Sequence record: OL615013
Strand: one strand, 5' to 3'
Length of the DNA: 64,000 bases
From: Shigella phage ChubbyThor
The translations under genes were made by a program, and so were the position numbers. The notes under the pieces were generated by a model. It was not told the DNA's origin. It did no database searches and saw only the letters and a program-made list of their open reading frames with translations. Positions 17,520 to 26,778 of the stretch are shown piece after piece. Numbering within the stretch: the first letter of the stretch is position 1; every line of letters starts with the position of its first letter.

Positions 17520-17732
17520 TTAATAAATTTTGAACTCTGCTCCCTTGTACGTTGCCGACCCTCGTTCTATGAGACCGTCTGGGACAATCACCTTTGTCGG
17601 CCAACCACCATCTGGAGCCTTAACAGTCAGGCGTGTCTTGTGATCACCCAGCTGTGTCTGTTCATAGATCCTTCCGCGCACTATCGTCGCCCCGCCTTGG
17701 GTGACGAGCAATCTCTTGTTTACCACTTTCAT
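17520..17732 (-). CDS. hypothetical small protein
   Basis: 70-aa ORF between terminator hairpin and downstream minus-strand gene. Confidence 0.35.
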   Translation of the reverse strand: MKVVNKRLLVTQGGATIVRGRIYEQTQLGDHKTRLTVKAPDGGWPTKVIVPDGLIERGSATYKGAEFKIY

Positions 17733-17739
17733 TCCCTAA

Positions 17740-17770
17740 ACACCAAAAGAAAGGGGAGTTTCCTCCCCTT
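17740..17770 (-). terminator. intrinsic terminator (minus strand)
   Basis: Hairpin AAGGGGAG-TTTC-CTCCCCTT; on minus strand followed by TCTTTTGG. Confidence 0.45.
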
Positions 17771-17774
17771 GAAC

Positions 17775-18365
17775 TTATTTCTTCAGATCAGGCCACGCAC
17801 CAGAGGTCGCAGTAGACCCAGCTGGGGGAGCAGACTCAAGATCGGGAGCACCCGACTGAGTAACAACAGTGGGATCTTTTTGTACGACCCGGACCCCAAA
17901 TTGCTTGAGAGCATCCACAGCCTGGGCTTTTCGCCCGTTGCTTTTGTAGTGGTTGTAGCCTTTGATACCGAATGATGCACTAATTGCTGTCAATAATGAA
18001 TAGGTATACCATTCAGGTGCGGTATCGAGCGCCTGGAGGCCACCGATTACTGCTTTGATGAAATCCCCTTTATGATACTCACCAGGGAACAAAATCAGTT
18101 CCACAACCGGAGCAGTCATGACGAGGATAGCGGGTACGGCCAACACGATAGTCCAGAATTCGTCTTTCCAAGATCCGCCGACTTCGGTGATCTTAGACAG
18201 CTCCCAATCTGAGGAGGACTTGATAGCCTCCAGCTTGACGTCGTGTTTGGCCTGAACAACTTCCCGCTTATATTGAATCAAATCAGTCCCGAGGTTCCAG
18301 AGTTGCTTGAGCGCCCCTGGGATCATACCAACGAGGGGGATTGCCATAATAAACTCCTTGGTCAA
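17775..18365 (-). CDS. membrane protein
   Basis: 196-aa ORF with hydrophobic segments (IMAIPLVGMIPGAL, FWTIVLAVPAILVMTAPVV). Confidence 0.45.
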   Translation of the reverse strand: MTKEFIMAIPLVGMIPGALKQLWNLGTDLIQYKREVVQAKHDVKLEAIKSSSDWELSKITEVGGSWKDEFWTIVLAVPAILVMTAPVVELILFPGEYHKGDFIKAVIGGLQALDTAPEWYTYSLLTAISASFGIKGYNHYKSNGRKAQAVDALKQFGVRVVQKDPTVVTQSGAPDLESAPPAGSTATSGAWPDLKK

Positions 18366-18426
18366 TGAATGGCTCTATGGTTAAATATGCCCACGTGCTA
18401 ACGGCACGGATAACCTGGAGAATTAC

Positions 18427-21426
18427 ATGACCGTTTTCTATACGAACGTTGCCCGCCGGGGCAATGACCTGTTGATTCGAATCGCAGATGACATGGGTAA
18501 TCGCCGTCTGTTGAAAAAGAAATTCGAACCCACTCTCTATTTACCCACGGCTGATTATTCAAATGTTGAAAAGGTCGGCTTGCTCAACGAACCTTTGATC
18601 TCCAAGAAGTTCCCTGACATGCGCACTGCTGACAACTACCTTGAAGAGTACAAGGAAGTCCAGGGTGCAGCCATTTACGGGCAGACCGATTATGCATACC
18701 AGTTCATCGCCCACAGCTTTCCTGGGAAGATCGAGCCGGATTACTCCAATATCCATATCGCCAACCTCGATATCGAAGTGTTCACCGCCGGGTGGAAAGA
18801 TGGGGAGATGACCAAGGGTCCATTCCCTCATCCGACTATTGAGCAGCAGACGTTCAAAGGTAGCGAGGCACGCATCCGCCGCTTCCATCAGCAGGTACTG
18901 GCCAACCATGACTTCATCCGTGAGCACTTTCCCAGTTCCTTTATCAGCAATAATGTAACTGATCAGTTCCCTATCATTGATAGCAATGGCAAGATCACCC
19001 AGGACATGAATGCAGCGTTCCCTATCACGCTCATCCAGCTTCAGGACATGGCGACCAATAAGTTCATGGTGTGGGGTATGCCGTGCGCGAAGGATCGTGC
19101 GAAGTTCAGATACGATCCAGAAGACGCGGAGATCGGTGGACTTGAGGTGGAGTACAAGGAGTTTGTCACCGAGCAGGATCTGCTGCGATCTTTCCTTGAC
19201 TTCTGGTCACAGCGTCAGTTTGATGGCTGGACAGGCTGGAACATTGAAACGTTCGATAGCCCGTATCTTGTTGAGCGCATGAACCAGGTTCTGGGCGAAG
19301 CCGAAACATCGCGCCTCAGTCCTTGGGGTATCATCAAGAAGCGTATCATTCGCGATAAGAAGGGCGATATCACGACGTATCAGTTCGTGGGCTGTCCTAT
19401 GCTCGATTATATGCAGATCTACAAGAAGCACACGTACACCACCCGTGAGCGGTACTCTCTTGATTGGATTGCTTACTGTGAGTTGGGTGAGAAGAAGATG
19501 GACTACAGTGAGAGCAAGTCGCTCTTTGATCTGTACTTCAATGACTATGCCAAGCACACCCGATATGGTATCAAGGACGTCAAGCTGGTATGGCGTCTCG
19601 AACAGAAGCTGCGTCTGCTCCAGCTGATGTTCGTCCTTGCGTACCGCACCAAGTCGAACTATGAAGACGGCCTGGGTACAGTGGCTCCGTGGCTGGCCAT
19701 GTGCTACTATCGTCTGTATGAGAAGGGCATCGTGCCTAAGATCCAGCGTGTATACGATGGTCCGACCGATTTTGAGGGCGCATACGTCATGGAGGTGACA
19801 CCAGGAATCTACTTCTGGGTCTTCTCTGAGGACTTGAACTCCCTCTACCCTCACATCATCCAGCAATACAACCTCGGTCCTGAGACTATCGTTGGCGACA
19901 AACACCAGCGCCGTGAGATCATTGAGGCTATGTGTGAAGAGCTGGCTGCTCAGATGAATAACATGGCAACGCCGATGCACAAACGTCGGTTGATGAAAGC
20001 CCTTCACGACAAACTGTTGCGCGCGATTGACGAACGCCTGCAGGTTGTTGATGAACTGGTTGCTCTGGGTGAGTTCCACTTTGAAACCCTGCGCCGCTAC
20101 AACGTGTCCTTCACGCCGAACGTTCAGTTCTTCAGCAACGAGAAGATGTCGTTCCTGTCTGAAATCATGCGCGGTATCTACAGCGACCGTAAAGTAGAGA
20201 AGGCCAAGGGGCTGAAGTACGAGCAGTGGGCTGGTTGGTGTAAAGAGATGGCGAAGGGTGACTTCCATCTTGAGTCCGCCATGAAGTCCCGCTACTACGA
20301 TCCAGAGTGGTATGAAGAGCACAAGAACATCGATCTTGATGCACTGACCGAAGTGATGAAGAAGTGGGAAGATCTGGGCGTTGCCCAAGATACCCTACAG
20401 CAAGGTCTGAAGATCTTGATGAACGCAGGTTATGGCGCGATCTCAAACGTCTGGTTCAAAGAGTACTTCAACCTCAACATCGCCGAAGCCATCACAACGT
20501 CCGGTCAGCTGATCAACAAGTGGAACAAGCGCTACACCGATGACTATCTGAACAAGCTGTGCGGCACGACAGGCCAGGACTTCGTCATCGCGGGTGATAC
20601 CGACTCCAACTACATCTGCATTGAGCGTCTTGTCAAGCAGTTGTGGCCTGATGTTACTGACCATCATGCTATGGTTGATAATATCGACCAATGGATCAAA
20701 GACAACTACCAGCCGAAGACCAATGAGTGGGCACAGCTTCTGTGTAACACCATGAACGGATTTGAACAGCGCATGGTGTGGGAGCGTGAAGTAATTGCAT
20801 CAGCTGCCGTCTGGCGAGCCAAGAAGATGTATGCCATGGCTGTGTACGACAGTGAGGGTATCAAGTACGAGAAGCCGAAGATCAAGTTCAAAGGTCTGGA
20901 AGCCCGTAAGTCCACCACGCCGGAATGGTGTCGTGAGCGCCTTGTCAAGTGCTATGAGAAGATCCTACTCGGCACCGAAGAGGAAGTACAGACGCTCATC
21001 TCCCAGTACAAAGAGGAGTACATGAAACTCTCTGTAGACGATATCGCCAAGGCGTCAGGCGTGTCCGACATAGAGAAGTGTGTGGCCGCCGACGGCTCGT
21101 TCATCTCTGGTGCTCACTATGCTGCCAAGGCTTGTGTGGGTTACAACCGCATGGTAGAGAAGAACGAAGACCTCGGCCTGCCGATGATTGAGTCGGGTGA
21201 TAAGGTCAACATGGTACTGCTGAAGAATGGCAACCCGTTTGGCCAGAATTACTTCGCATATCCTGAGTTCTTCCCCGAGGAACTGGGTATGGGTAAATGG
21301 GTGGATTACCATACAGCCTTTGAGAAGTCCTTCATCGACCCGATTCAGTCCATCCTTGACGTGGTCGGCTGGTCACACAAGCGTCGTGTGAACCTTCTTG
21401 CCATGATGCAAAAGAAGAAAGGTTGA
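18427..21426 (+). CDS. DNA polymerase, family B (T4 gp43-like) with 3'-5' exonuclease domain
   Basis: 999-aa ORF; Exo I motif ANLDIEVF, polymerase motif A DLNSLYPHII, motif C IAGDTDSNYI. Confidence 0.95.
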   Translation: MTVFYTNVARRGNDLLIRIADDMGNRRLLKKKFEPTLYLPTADYSNVEKVGLLNEPLISKKFPDMRTADNYLEEYKEVQGAAIYGQTDYAYQFIAHSFPGKIEPDYSNIHIANLDIEVFTAGWKDGEMTKGPFPHPTIEQQTFKGSEARIRRFHQQVLANHDFIREHFPSSFISNNVTDQFPIIDSNGKITQDMNAAFPITLIQLQDMATNKFMVWGMPCAKDRAKFRYDPEDAEIGGLEVEYKEFVTEQDLLRSFLDFWSQRQFDGWTGWNIETFDSPYLVERMNQVLGEAETSRLSPWGIIKKRIIRDKKGDITTYQFVGCPMLDYMQIYKKHTYTTRERYSLDWIAYCELGEKKMDYSESKSLFDLYFNDYAKHTRYGIKDVKLVWRLEQKLRLLQLMFVLAYRTKSNYEDGLGTVAPWLAMCYYRLYEKGIVPKIQRVYDGPTDFEGAYVMEVTPGIYFWVFSEDLNSLYPHIIQQYNLGPETIVGDKHQRREIIEAMCEELAAQMNNMATPMHKRRLMKALHDKLLRAIDERLQVVDELVALGEFHFETLRRYNVSFTPNVQFFSNEKMSFLSEIMRGIYSDRKVEKAKGLKYEQWAGWCKEMAKGDFHLESAMKSRYYDPEWYEEHKNIDLDALTEVMKKWEDLGVAQDTLQQGLKILMNAGYGAISNVWFKEYFNLNIAEAITTSGQLINKWNKRYTDDYLNKLCGTTGQDFVIAGDTDSNYICIERLVKQLWPDVTDHHAMVDNIDQWIKDNYQPKTNEWAQLLCNTMNGFEQRMVWEREVIASAAVWRAKKMYAMAVYDSEGIKYEKPKIKFKGLEARKSTTPEWCRERLVKCYEKILLGTEEEVQTLISQYKEEYMKLSVDDIAKASGVSDIEKCVAADGSFISGAHYAAKACVGYNRMVEKNEDLGLPMIESGDKVNMVLLKNGNPFGQNYFAYPEFFPEELGMGKWVDYHTAFEKSFIDPIQSILDVVGWSHKRRVNLLAMMQKKKG

Positions 21427-21479
21427 TTCAATAAACCAAAGGGGGATATAATTCCCCCTGTTAACCCTTTGACAAACAG

Positions 21480-21830
21480 GTGATTGAAATGAAACTCAAT
21501 AAGATTCTTCTGGTGTGTGCTCTGGCTTTCTCTACCACCGCATGCTCTACCCTTCTGGACGTTGCGTCTACTGTAGACCTTGACGCGCCGACGTTCACCA
21601 ATGAACAAGCCGTGGCCAAGATGGAAGATACCATTAAGGCGCATGCGGCGTTGGATAACGCCACCCCAGGTCCGCTCCAAACTGTCTGCAACTATGACGA
21701 TTCCATCCAGGAAGACGAAACCTACCACTGCACCACCTACGTGAAGCAGGCTTCCGTCGTTCTGTATGCGGATTGTACCGAAGAACAGTGCGTTGCTACG
21801 GGCTACGACAAAGTGGAGAAAGATCAATGA
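21480..21830 (+). CDS. putative lipoprotein
   Basis: 116 aa; signal peptide followed by lipobox-like LAFSTTAC. Confidence 0.45.
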   Translation: MIEMKLNKILLVCALAFSTTACSTLLDVASTVDLDAPTFTNEQAVAKMEDTIKAHAALDNATPGPLQTVCNYDDSIQEDETYHCTTYVKQASVVLYADCTEEQCVATGYDKVEKDQ

Positions 21831-22606
21831 ACAACCTGGTCTGTCTCTATGATATGAAATCAAAGGTCGGTGGTCTGTATCGCGTCCTCGTGGATGTTGA
21901 CCTGACGCTGGTCGACAGCCTCTCCCCTTGGGTGCAGTGGTTCAATGAAGAGAACATCGCTGCCGCTGCTATCGCTACGGGGGAACATAAGTCATATCAG
22001 TTCCAGCCGATCACCAAAGAGTGCTATATGGCTCATGCTGGCGACCTGGCTATTCTGATGCGAGAACGTGCACATCCGGCGTGGTTGATACGCCGCGTGT
22101 ACCTCGCTGGGCAATGGATGTATGCTCCTACAGGGCGTGATCCTATGGATTGGTGGCGTCGCCCCGATCTGTATGCCAAGATGAACCCGCTCCCGGGTGC
22201 TTACGAGTTCCTGGTGAATCTGAAGAAGATTCTGCTCGAAGACTTTGACAATGTTGAATTCATCGCAGTGTCCAAGTGTGAGCCGGAACACGAGCGCAGC
22301 AAGCGCCAGTTTGTCTACGACAAGTTCCCTGGCATCTTCAACGGATTTGTCAGTACTGACGAAAAGCATCTGCTGGCAGGCGATGTCCTGATTGATGACA
22401 ATCCGAAGTATGTTGAGCCGTGCGGCCTGAACAACATCTTCGTCATCTTTGTTCCTCAGGGCAATTATGAAAAACTGGATCTTTCGAATTCGGAAGATAT
22501 GCTTTATATTAAACCAGTAGAAGGCCAGAACCACTTCGACTTCCTGAATCACAATATTGTTGAAGTGGTGAACCGCTTGATTGGTCATTATCAATACGTC
22601 CGATAG
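21827..22606 (+). CDS. HAD-superfamily phosphatase (putative 5'-deoxynucleotidase)
   Basis: ORF track 21773..22606; start ATG 21827 overlaps upstream stop (ATGA); N-terminal DVDLTLVD matches HAD motif I DxDxT. Confidence 0.5.
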   Translation: MNNLVCLYDMKSKVGGLYRVLVDVDLTLVDSLSPWVQWFNEENIAAAAIATGEHKSYQFQPITKECYMAHAGDLAILMRERAHPAWLIRRVYLAGQWMYAPTGRDPMDWWRRPDLYAKMNPLPGAYEFLVNLKKILLEDFDNVEFIAVSKCEPEHERSKRQFVYDKFPGIFNGFVSTDEKHLLAGDVLIDDNPKYVEPCGLNNIFVIFVPQGNYEKLDLSNSEDMLYIKPVEGQNHFDFLNHNIVEVVNRLIGHYQYVR

Positions 22607-22615
22607 GAGGACATC

Positions 22616-22921
22616 GTGCAAGAACAATCCAAGTTTGGGGAAACCCCAGACAAGCGTTCCGGTGATAGCGATATGGATGGCGTGATTATCCATGTCAACA
22701 ACTTTATTCGCCAGCAGGAGACTCCGACTCCTATCGGCGCAGCCAAGGCTCTTCATGACGTACTGGTAGAGATCGGTCAGCGCTCTGAAGCGGATGAAAT
22801 CTTCTATAACTTCGACGACCAGTATAAAGTGAAGTTTGAAGAGAATGGCCGTCCACAGGTTGCTGTATTCTGGGCACCATGGATGGGCGGCGTGAGCTGG
22901 CGTATTGAGGATGCTGTGTAA
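22616..22921 (+). CDS. hypothetical protein
   Basis: 101-aa ORF in co-directional array. Confidence 0.45.
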   Translation: MQEQSKFGETPDKRSGDSDMDGVIIHVNNFIRQQETPTPIGAAKALHDVLVEIGQRSEADEIFYNFDDQYKVKFEENGRPQVAVFWAPWMGGVSWRIEDAV

Positions 22922-23607
22922 TGCTGTCGCTCTACCTGATCACGAATCTCGTCAATCATAAATTCTATATCGGTGTCACTTCAGAACCGGATAGGCGGTT
23001 GGCTGAGCATAAGTGTGGTCAGGGGAGCATTGCATTACAACGAGCGTTCAAGAAATATGGTGAAGATCAGTTCAAGTTTGAAGTTCTGTTCCGAGGGAAA
23101 GATTCGGTTATCCTTCAGATAGAGTCTGAACTGGTCTGCCAGGAGATCCTCGATAGCGGGTGGTGTTACAACATGGTCGCCGGGGGTGGGAAGCCTCCAT
23201 TGGCCACGCCAGAGTCATCCGCAAAGAGCGCCGCAACCCGCAAACGTTTGATCGCTGAGGGTAAGATTAAACCTCCACCAAGACTCACCCCTGAAGCACA
23301 AGCCAGAAAGGGTAAGATCATAAGCAAATTGATGTCAGAAGGGAAGATCCCCAAACCACCAAGACCTTCCTCTGAATCTCAAACGCGTGGAGGGGAAACT
23401 AGGAAGAGGCTGCATGCTCTTGGCCTGATAGACATTGGTCCTGGCCGTGATGAAACGATTTACAAATGGCAGCACAAAGATGGTCGCATCGTTGAGTTAA
23501 GGAGGTGTGACATGGAACTTCAATATGGCCTCCCTTCCGGTAATATAACGAATCTCTTGAAAGGTAGGGCTAAAACATGTCTCGGTTGGAGAATATTAAA
23601 TGGCTAA
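22921..23607 (+). CDS. GIY-YIG homing endonuclease (free-standing)
   Basis: N-terminal LYLITNLVNHKFYIGVT...RRLAEHK matches GIY-YIG catalytic module; basic C-terminal DNA-binding region. Confidence 0.7.
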   Translation: MLSLYLITNLVNHKFYIGVTSEPDRRLAEHKCGQGSIALQRAFKKYGEDQFKFEVLFRGKDSVILQIESELVCQEILDSGWCYNMVAGGGKPPLATPESSAKSAATRKRLIAEGKIKPPPRLTPEAQARKGKIISKLMSEGKIPKPPRPSSESQTRGGETRKRLHALGLIDIGPGRDETIYKWQHKDGRIVELRRCDMELQYGLPSGNITNLLKGRAKTCLGWRILNG

Positions 23608-24517
23608 AATAATTGTAGTGAAAGGCACCTCGGCCACGGGCAAGGGTACGAGAGTGGTCCAGTTCATCGAATGGCTCCGTACGAAGCTGGAGCCTACCGA
23701 ACTCACCTACACCATTGGTGGCAAGACGCGCCCGTTTGGCCTGAAATTCGAAGAGCTGAAGTTGATCTTCGTCGGCCAGTACACTGTGTCCAACAAATCC
23801 GGCCTGGCTTCCTGGACTTCCATGGACGCCATTCATGCTGCCACAGGCTCGGGTGATATCGCTCGTGACCTGGTCAAAGGCTGGCTGGCTCAGGGTTACA
23901 CCCTGGTGTGTGAGGGCGAACCCCTCATGCTGTCGGACAAATGGCGTCCTGAGTGGATGTTCAAGAACTATCCGATTGAATCATTGGCGCTGCTGTACTT
24001 TGCGTACCCCGACCGCTATCAGTACGATGCCCGCATCCGTGGTCGCTCTGGTAAAGAAGCAGGGGACTCCGGCTGGTCTCGCAACGAATCTTACTCCAAG
24101 GAGTTTGAGAAGTCGAAGGCCGAAATGCTGGCGCTGGGCTTCACCCCTGTGGTTGACAACTACAGCGGGCAGGATATCCTGTATAAAGCGCCAGAGGCCA
24201 ACACCCAGGAGTTCACGACCAAACAGCAGTCCGAGTTGGCGGTGCTCCCATACGACGCCCCGCTGTGGGTTGTGGGTAATGCGATTTGTCATCAGATACG
24301 GTCCGAACTGCGTGAAGTGAACATGGACACCAAAGACTTCTATGGTTTCTGTGAGACCGACCCAATGACCCGTGAGGTCGGCGGTGATGATCCTTTGGCG
24401 CACAGAGTGCCTGAGAAGCCGCAGAAGGCATCCAAAACTAAAACCAAGGCGAGCGCCCAGCCAGAAGCACCGAAGGCAGCGTCGCGCTCCCTCCTTGACC
24501 TGATGAAGAAGGGGTGA
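23600..24517 (+). CDS. P-loop kinase / NTPase (candidate DNA 5-hydroxymethylpyrimidine kinase)
   Basis: 305 aa; Walker A-like VVKGTSATGKGT at N-terminus; functional assignment inferred. Confidence 0.5.
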   Translation: MAKIIVVKGTSATGKGTRVVQFIEWLRTKLEPTELTYTIGGKTRPFGLKFEELKLIFVGQYTVSNKSGLASWTSMDAIHAATGSGDIARDLVKGWLAQGYTLVCEGEPLMLSDKWRPEWMFKNYPIESLALLYFAYPDRYQYDARIRGRSGKEAGDSGWSRNESYSKEFEKSKAEMLALGFTPVVDNYSGQDILYKAPEANTQEFTTKQQSELAVLPYDAPLWVVGNAICHQIRSELREVNMDTKDFYGFCETDPMTREVGGDDPLAHRVPEKPQKASKTKTKASAQPEAPKAASRSLLDLMKKG

Positions 24518-24717
24518 TCATGAAACGGTTGTCTAATTATCTGTTATTCGTCGGTCTGGTTATGGCAGCCGTTTCAATGTGCGCTGCCCTAGCCTATCAT
24601 TTCACTCCTCTGGACTTAACAACCTCAGAGAAGTTGAACGTGACTGTGATGTACTGTATTGGCGCGGTGATGTCTATCGGCGCTGCTGGTTACAAAATAT
24701 TCAAGGAACCAAAATGA
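24514..24717 (+). CDS. small membrane protein
   Basis: 67 aa with two hydrophobic helices. Confidence 0.4.
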   Translation: MIMKRLSNYLLFVGLVMAAVSMCAALAYHFTPLDLTTSEKLNVTVMYCIGAVMSIGAAGYKIFKEPK

Positions 24718-25070
24718 AAATTCAAATCCCTCGCGATGCTGTGGCTGTCGCAATTGACTACACCGGAAACGCCAAGCACATTACTGCTGTGCGCCTGATT
24801 CCTGAAAAGAACTGCGTGATCCCTCAGTTCCAGCTGAATGCCAACCCGTCGTCTAAAGACTTCGGTCAGTGGCTGCAAGCGGCTCCGTTCCGCACCCAGA
24901 CGAATGCCCAGATGTTCATCTCGGGTAAGACTCACACTGCAGCCCGTCTGTGGTTCGTGACCGCTGACCGTCGCTTTGTCGATATGTGGGAGCGCCCGAT
25001 GGGGTTCGTGAAACCAGAAGACATTCAGCTGGCTCCTGAAGAGGAAGCGAAAGATGACGCATCTATCTAA
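24714..25070 (+). CDS. hypothetical protein
   Basis: ORF track 24579..25070; ATG at 24714 overlaps upstream stop. Confidence 0.45.
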   Translation: MKIQIPRDAVAVAIDYTGNAKHITAVRLIPEKNCVIPQFQLNANPSSKDFGQWLQAAPFRTQTNAQMFISGKTHTAARLWFVTADRRFVDMWERPMGFVKPEDIQLAPEEEAKDDASI

Positions 25071-26280
25071 AATGCCGACGGGATATACACCCCCGGCTGA
25101 ATGGAAGTATCCGATTGACCTGGCTGTTGATTATCGCAAGCCTGAGAATCGCATGTACCTGCTCAAGGCTTGGGTGGAGGCGCTGTCCTACACCGAAGAG
25201 CACAATCAGCAGATGCGTCTGATGGACTATGCTATCGAAGTCACTGAAGGTATCAGCCTCGAACAGAAAGTCGAGCGCAAGATCTGGATGGCATTCCTTT
25301 GGGGTTGTTGCTATAACGCCATCGGTCCATGGACGATCTACAGTGAGTTCCCTGTGCCACCACAGTCCAAAGAAGAGATGCAGCGCTTCTCTGATTGGTA
25401 TAACCTGAACTTTGATCGCATGCGCTTCGATACCGACTGTCGCTACCGCAAGTCGAAGATGATTCCATGTGTTCAGTCCTATATTGACTGGCTGGCTGGC
25501 CGTACTCAATATGACGCTTTCCGTGAGATGCTGGTGTGCATCGATAAAGCAGAACAATTCACTCAGCTGTGGGACACGGCGATGTCCTGGAAATACTTCG
25601 GTCGCCTCAGTGCCTGGAACTTCCTGGAAGCCCTGAACATGGTCTTCGGGGACGAATACACCATTGACGTCCCTGGCTTCATGCTGCGTGACCGTGATGG
25701 TAGCGAGTCCAACCGCAACGGCGCGGCGTTCTTGTCCAACCGTGACGACTGGGTGACCAAGCACGGGAAGAAAAAGATCAACGGTTGTCCTATCACGGAT
25801 GAAGAGTGTGACATCCTTGAGGCCGACCTTGAGCAGGCGTTCCAGGATTGCGTGGCTGAGTTCGGGCATCTGACGTTCATCAATCGCCTGAACTTTGAAA
25901 CCTCCGGCGCATGCTGGCTGAAGAAGTTCTTCCGTGAGAAGAATACCCGTTACATTGGGTGGGATGCCGAGCGTACCTGGGATGAGATCGACTACATGGA
26001 ACGCATCTGGCCGGAGTACTCCTGTGCAGCGCTCTGGGAAGCCCGTTCGCTCTGGCTACCAGATACCCTGTTATGCGAAAAGGCACCTCCAGGGCACGTT
26101 CCAGGCGTTCAGAAGTGGAAGATGCCTGTGTTCTTTGAGACTGGCGTTCCTCTGCACATCTGGCATCTGCAAAAGGGTACGCGCTGGGAGCCTGACCAGG
26201 TGTATCAAGAATTGGGTAAACCGAAGATTGATAAACCGAAGTCCAACAGCGTCAACCTCATGGCACTCTTGAAACGCTGA
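25054..26280 (+). CDS. hypothetical protein (408 aa), candidate base-modifying transferase partner of the kinase
   Basis: Large Trp/Cys-rich ORF immediately downstream of kinase; function inferred from context only. Confidence 0.45.
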   Translation: MTHLSKMPTGYTPPAEWKYPIDLAVDYRKPENRMYLLKAWVEALSYTEEHNQQMRLMDYAIEVTEGISLEQKVERKIWMAFLWGCCYNAIGPWTIYSEFPVPPQSKEEMQRFSDWYNLNFDRMRFDTDCRYRKSKMIPCVQSYIDWLAGRTQYDAFREMLVCIDKAEQFTQLWDTAMSWKYFGRLSAWNFLEALNMVFGDEYTIDVPGFMLRDRDGSESNRNGAAFLSNRDDWVTKHGKKKINGCPITDEECDILEADLEQAFQDCVAEFGHLTFINRLNFETSGACWLKKFFREKNTRYIGWDAERTWDEIDYMERIWPEYSCAALWEARSLWLPDTLLCEKAPPGHVPGVQKWKMPVFFETGVPLHIWHLQKGTRWEPDQVYQELGKPKIDKPKSNSVNLMALLKR

Positions 26281-26312
26281 TATAAATATCCTCGCCTATA
26301 AAGTGAGGATAT
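26281..26312 (+). promoter_or_regulatory. T4-type late-promoter box TATAAATA whose tail forms an SD-sequestering hairpin
   Basis: TATAAATA at 26281-26288; 8-bp stem ATATCCTC (26286-26293) / GAGGATAT (26305-26312); ATG of small ORF at 26317. Confidence 0.4.
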
Positions 26313-26316
26313 TATC

Positions 26317-26484
26317 ATGTTACAAGATCTGTTGGTCTACGCACTTCCGGGTGTGGTTGTTGGATTCATCGCAGGTGCTCTGGTCTTCCGCAAACACGCG
26401 CAAGACGGTGAAGTGATTGTTCAGAAGGGTAAAGACATCCTGGAACAAATCGAAGCCAAACTGGATGAGCTGAAGAAAAAGTAA
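26317..26484 (+). CDS. small protein (55 aa) with N-terminal hydrophobic helix
   Basis: ATG 26317 with GAGGA SD; below ORF-track cut-off. Confidence 0.3.
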   Translation: MLQDLLVYALPGVVVGFIAGALVFRKHAQDGEVIVQKGKDILEQIEAKLDELKKK

Positions 26485-26512
26485 TCTGATTGCGATTGCG
26501 TTCTTCAATAAA

Positions 26513-26550
26513 GGGGAATGGGTTAATATTAGCCCGTTCCCCTTTCTTTT
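26513..26550 (+). terminator. intrinsic terminator
   Basis: 10-bp stem GGGGAATGGG/CCCGTTCCCC followed by TTTCTTTT; preceded by TTCTTCAATAAA motif. Confidence 0.55.
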
Positions 26551-26565
26551 GCAAGGAAATACATC

Positions 26566-26778
26566 ATGGCAATGCAACGAATTGAAGATATGTCCCTACT
26601 GGATATGGAAGCGACTTTTGGTGATTACTTTGAGTCCACTCCGAAACAAAAAGACCCTCTGGTTGGCCGTCTGGTGGTTTCTGAAGCGTTCGCACAGAAA
26701 GTTCGCGAAGGTCTTCCGCCTGAATATGGGTGCTTCCGTAATGGCGCTTCCGTTATCGTCATGGGTGAATCTAAATGA
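26566..26778 (+). CDS. hypothetical protein
   Basis: 70-aa ORF. Confidence 0.4.
   Translation: MAMQRIEDMSLLDMEATFGDYFESTPKQKDPLVGRLVVSEAFAQKVREGLPPEYGCFRNGASVIVMGESK

Noticed and set aside
19207-20388. 393-aa minus-strand ORF inside the DNA polymerase gene
   Set aside because: Antisense shadow ORF; the plus-strand frame carries unmistakable polymerase motifs. The same logic applies to other long antisense ORFs (25063..25869, 36498..37250, 41169..41969, 45281..46375, 49382..50035, 61651..62265).
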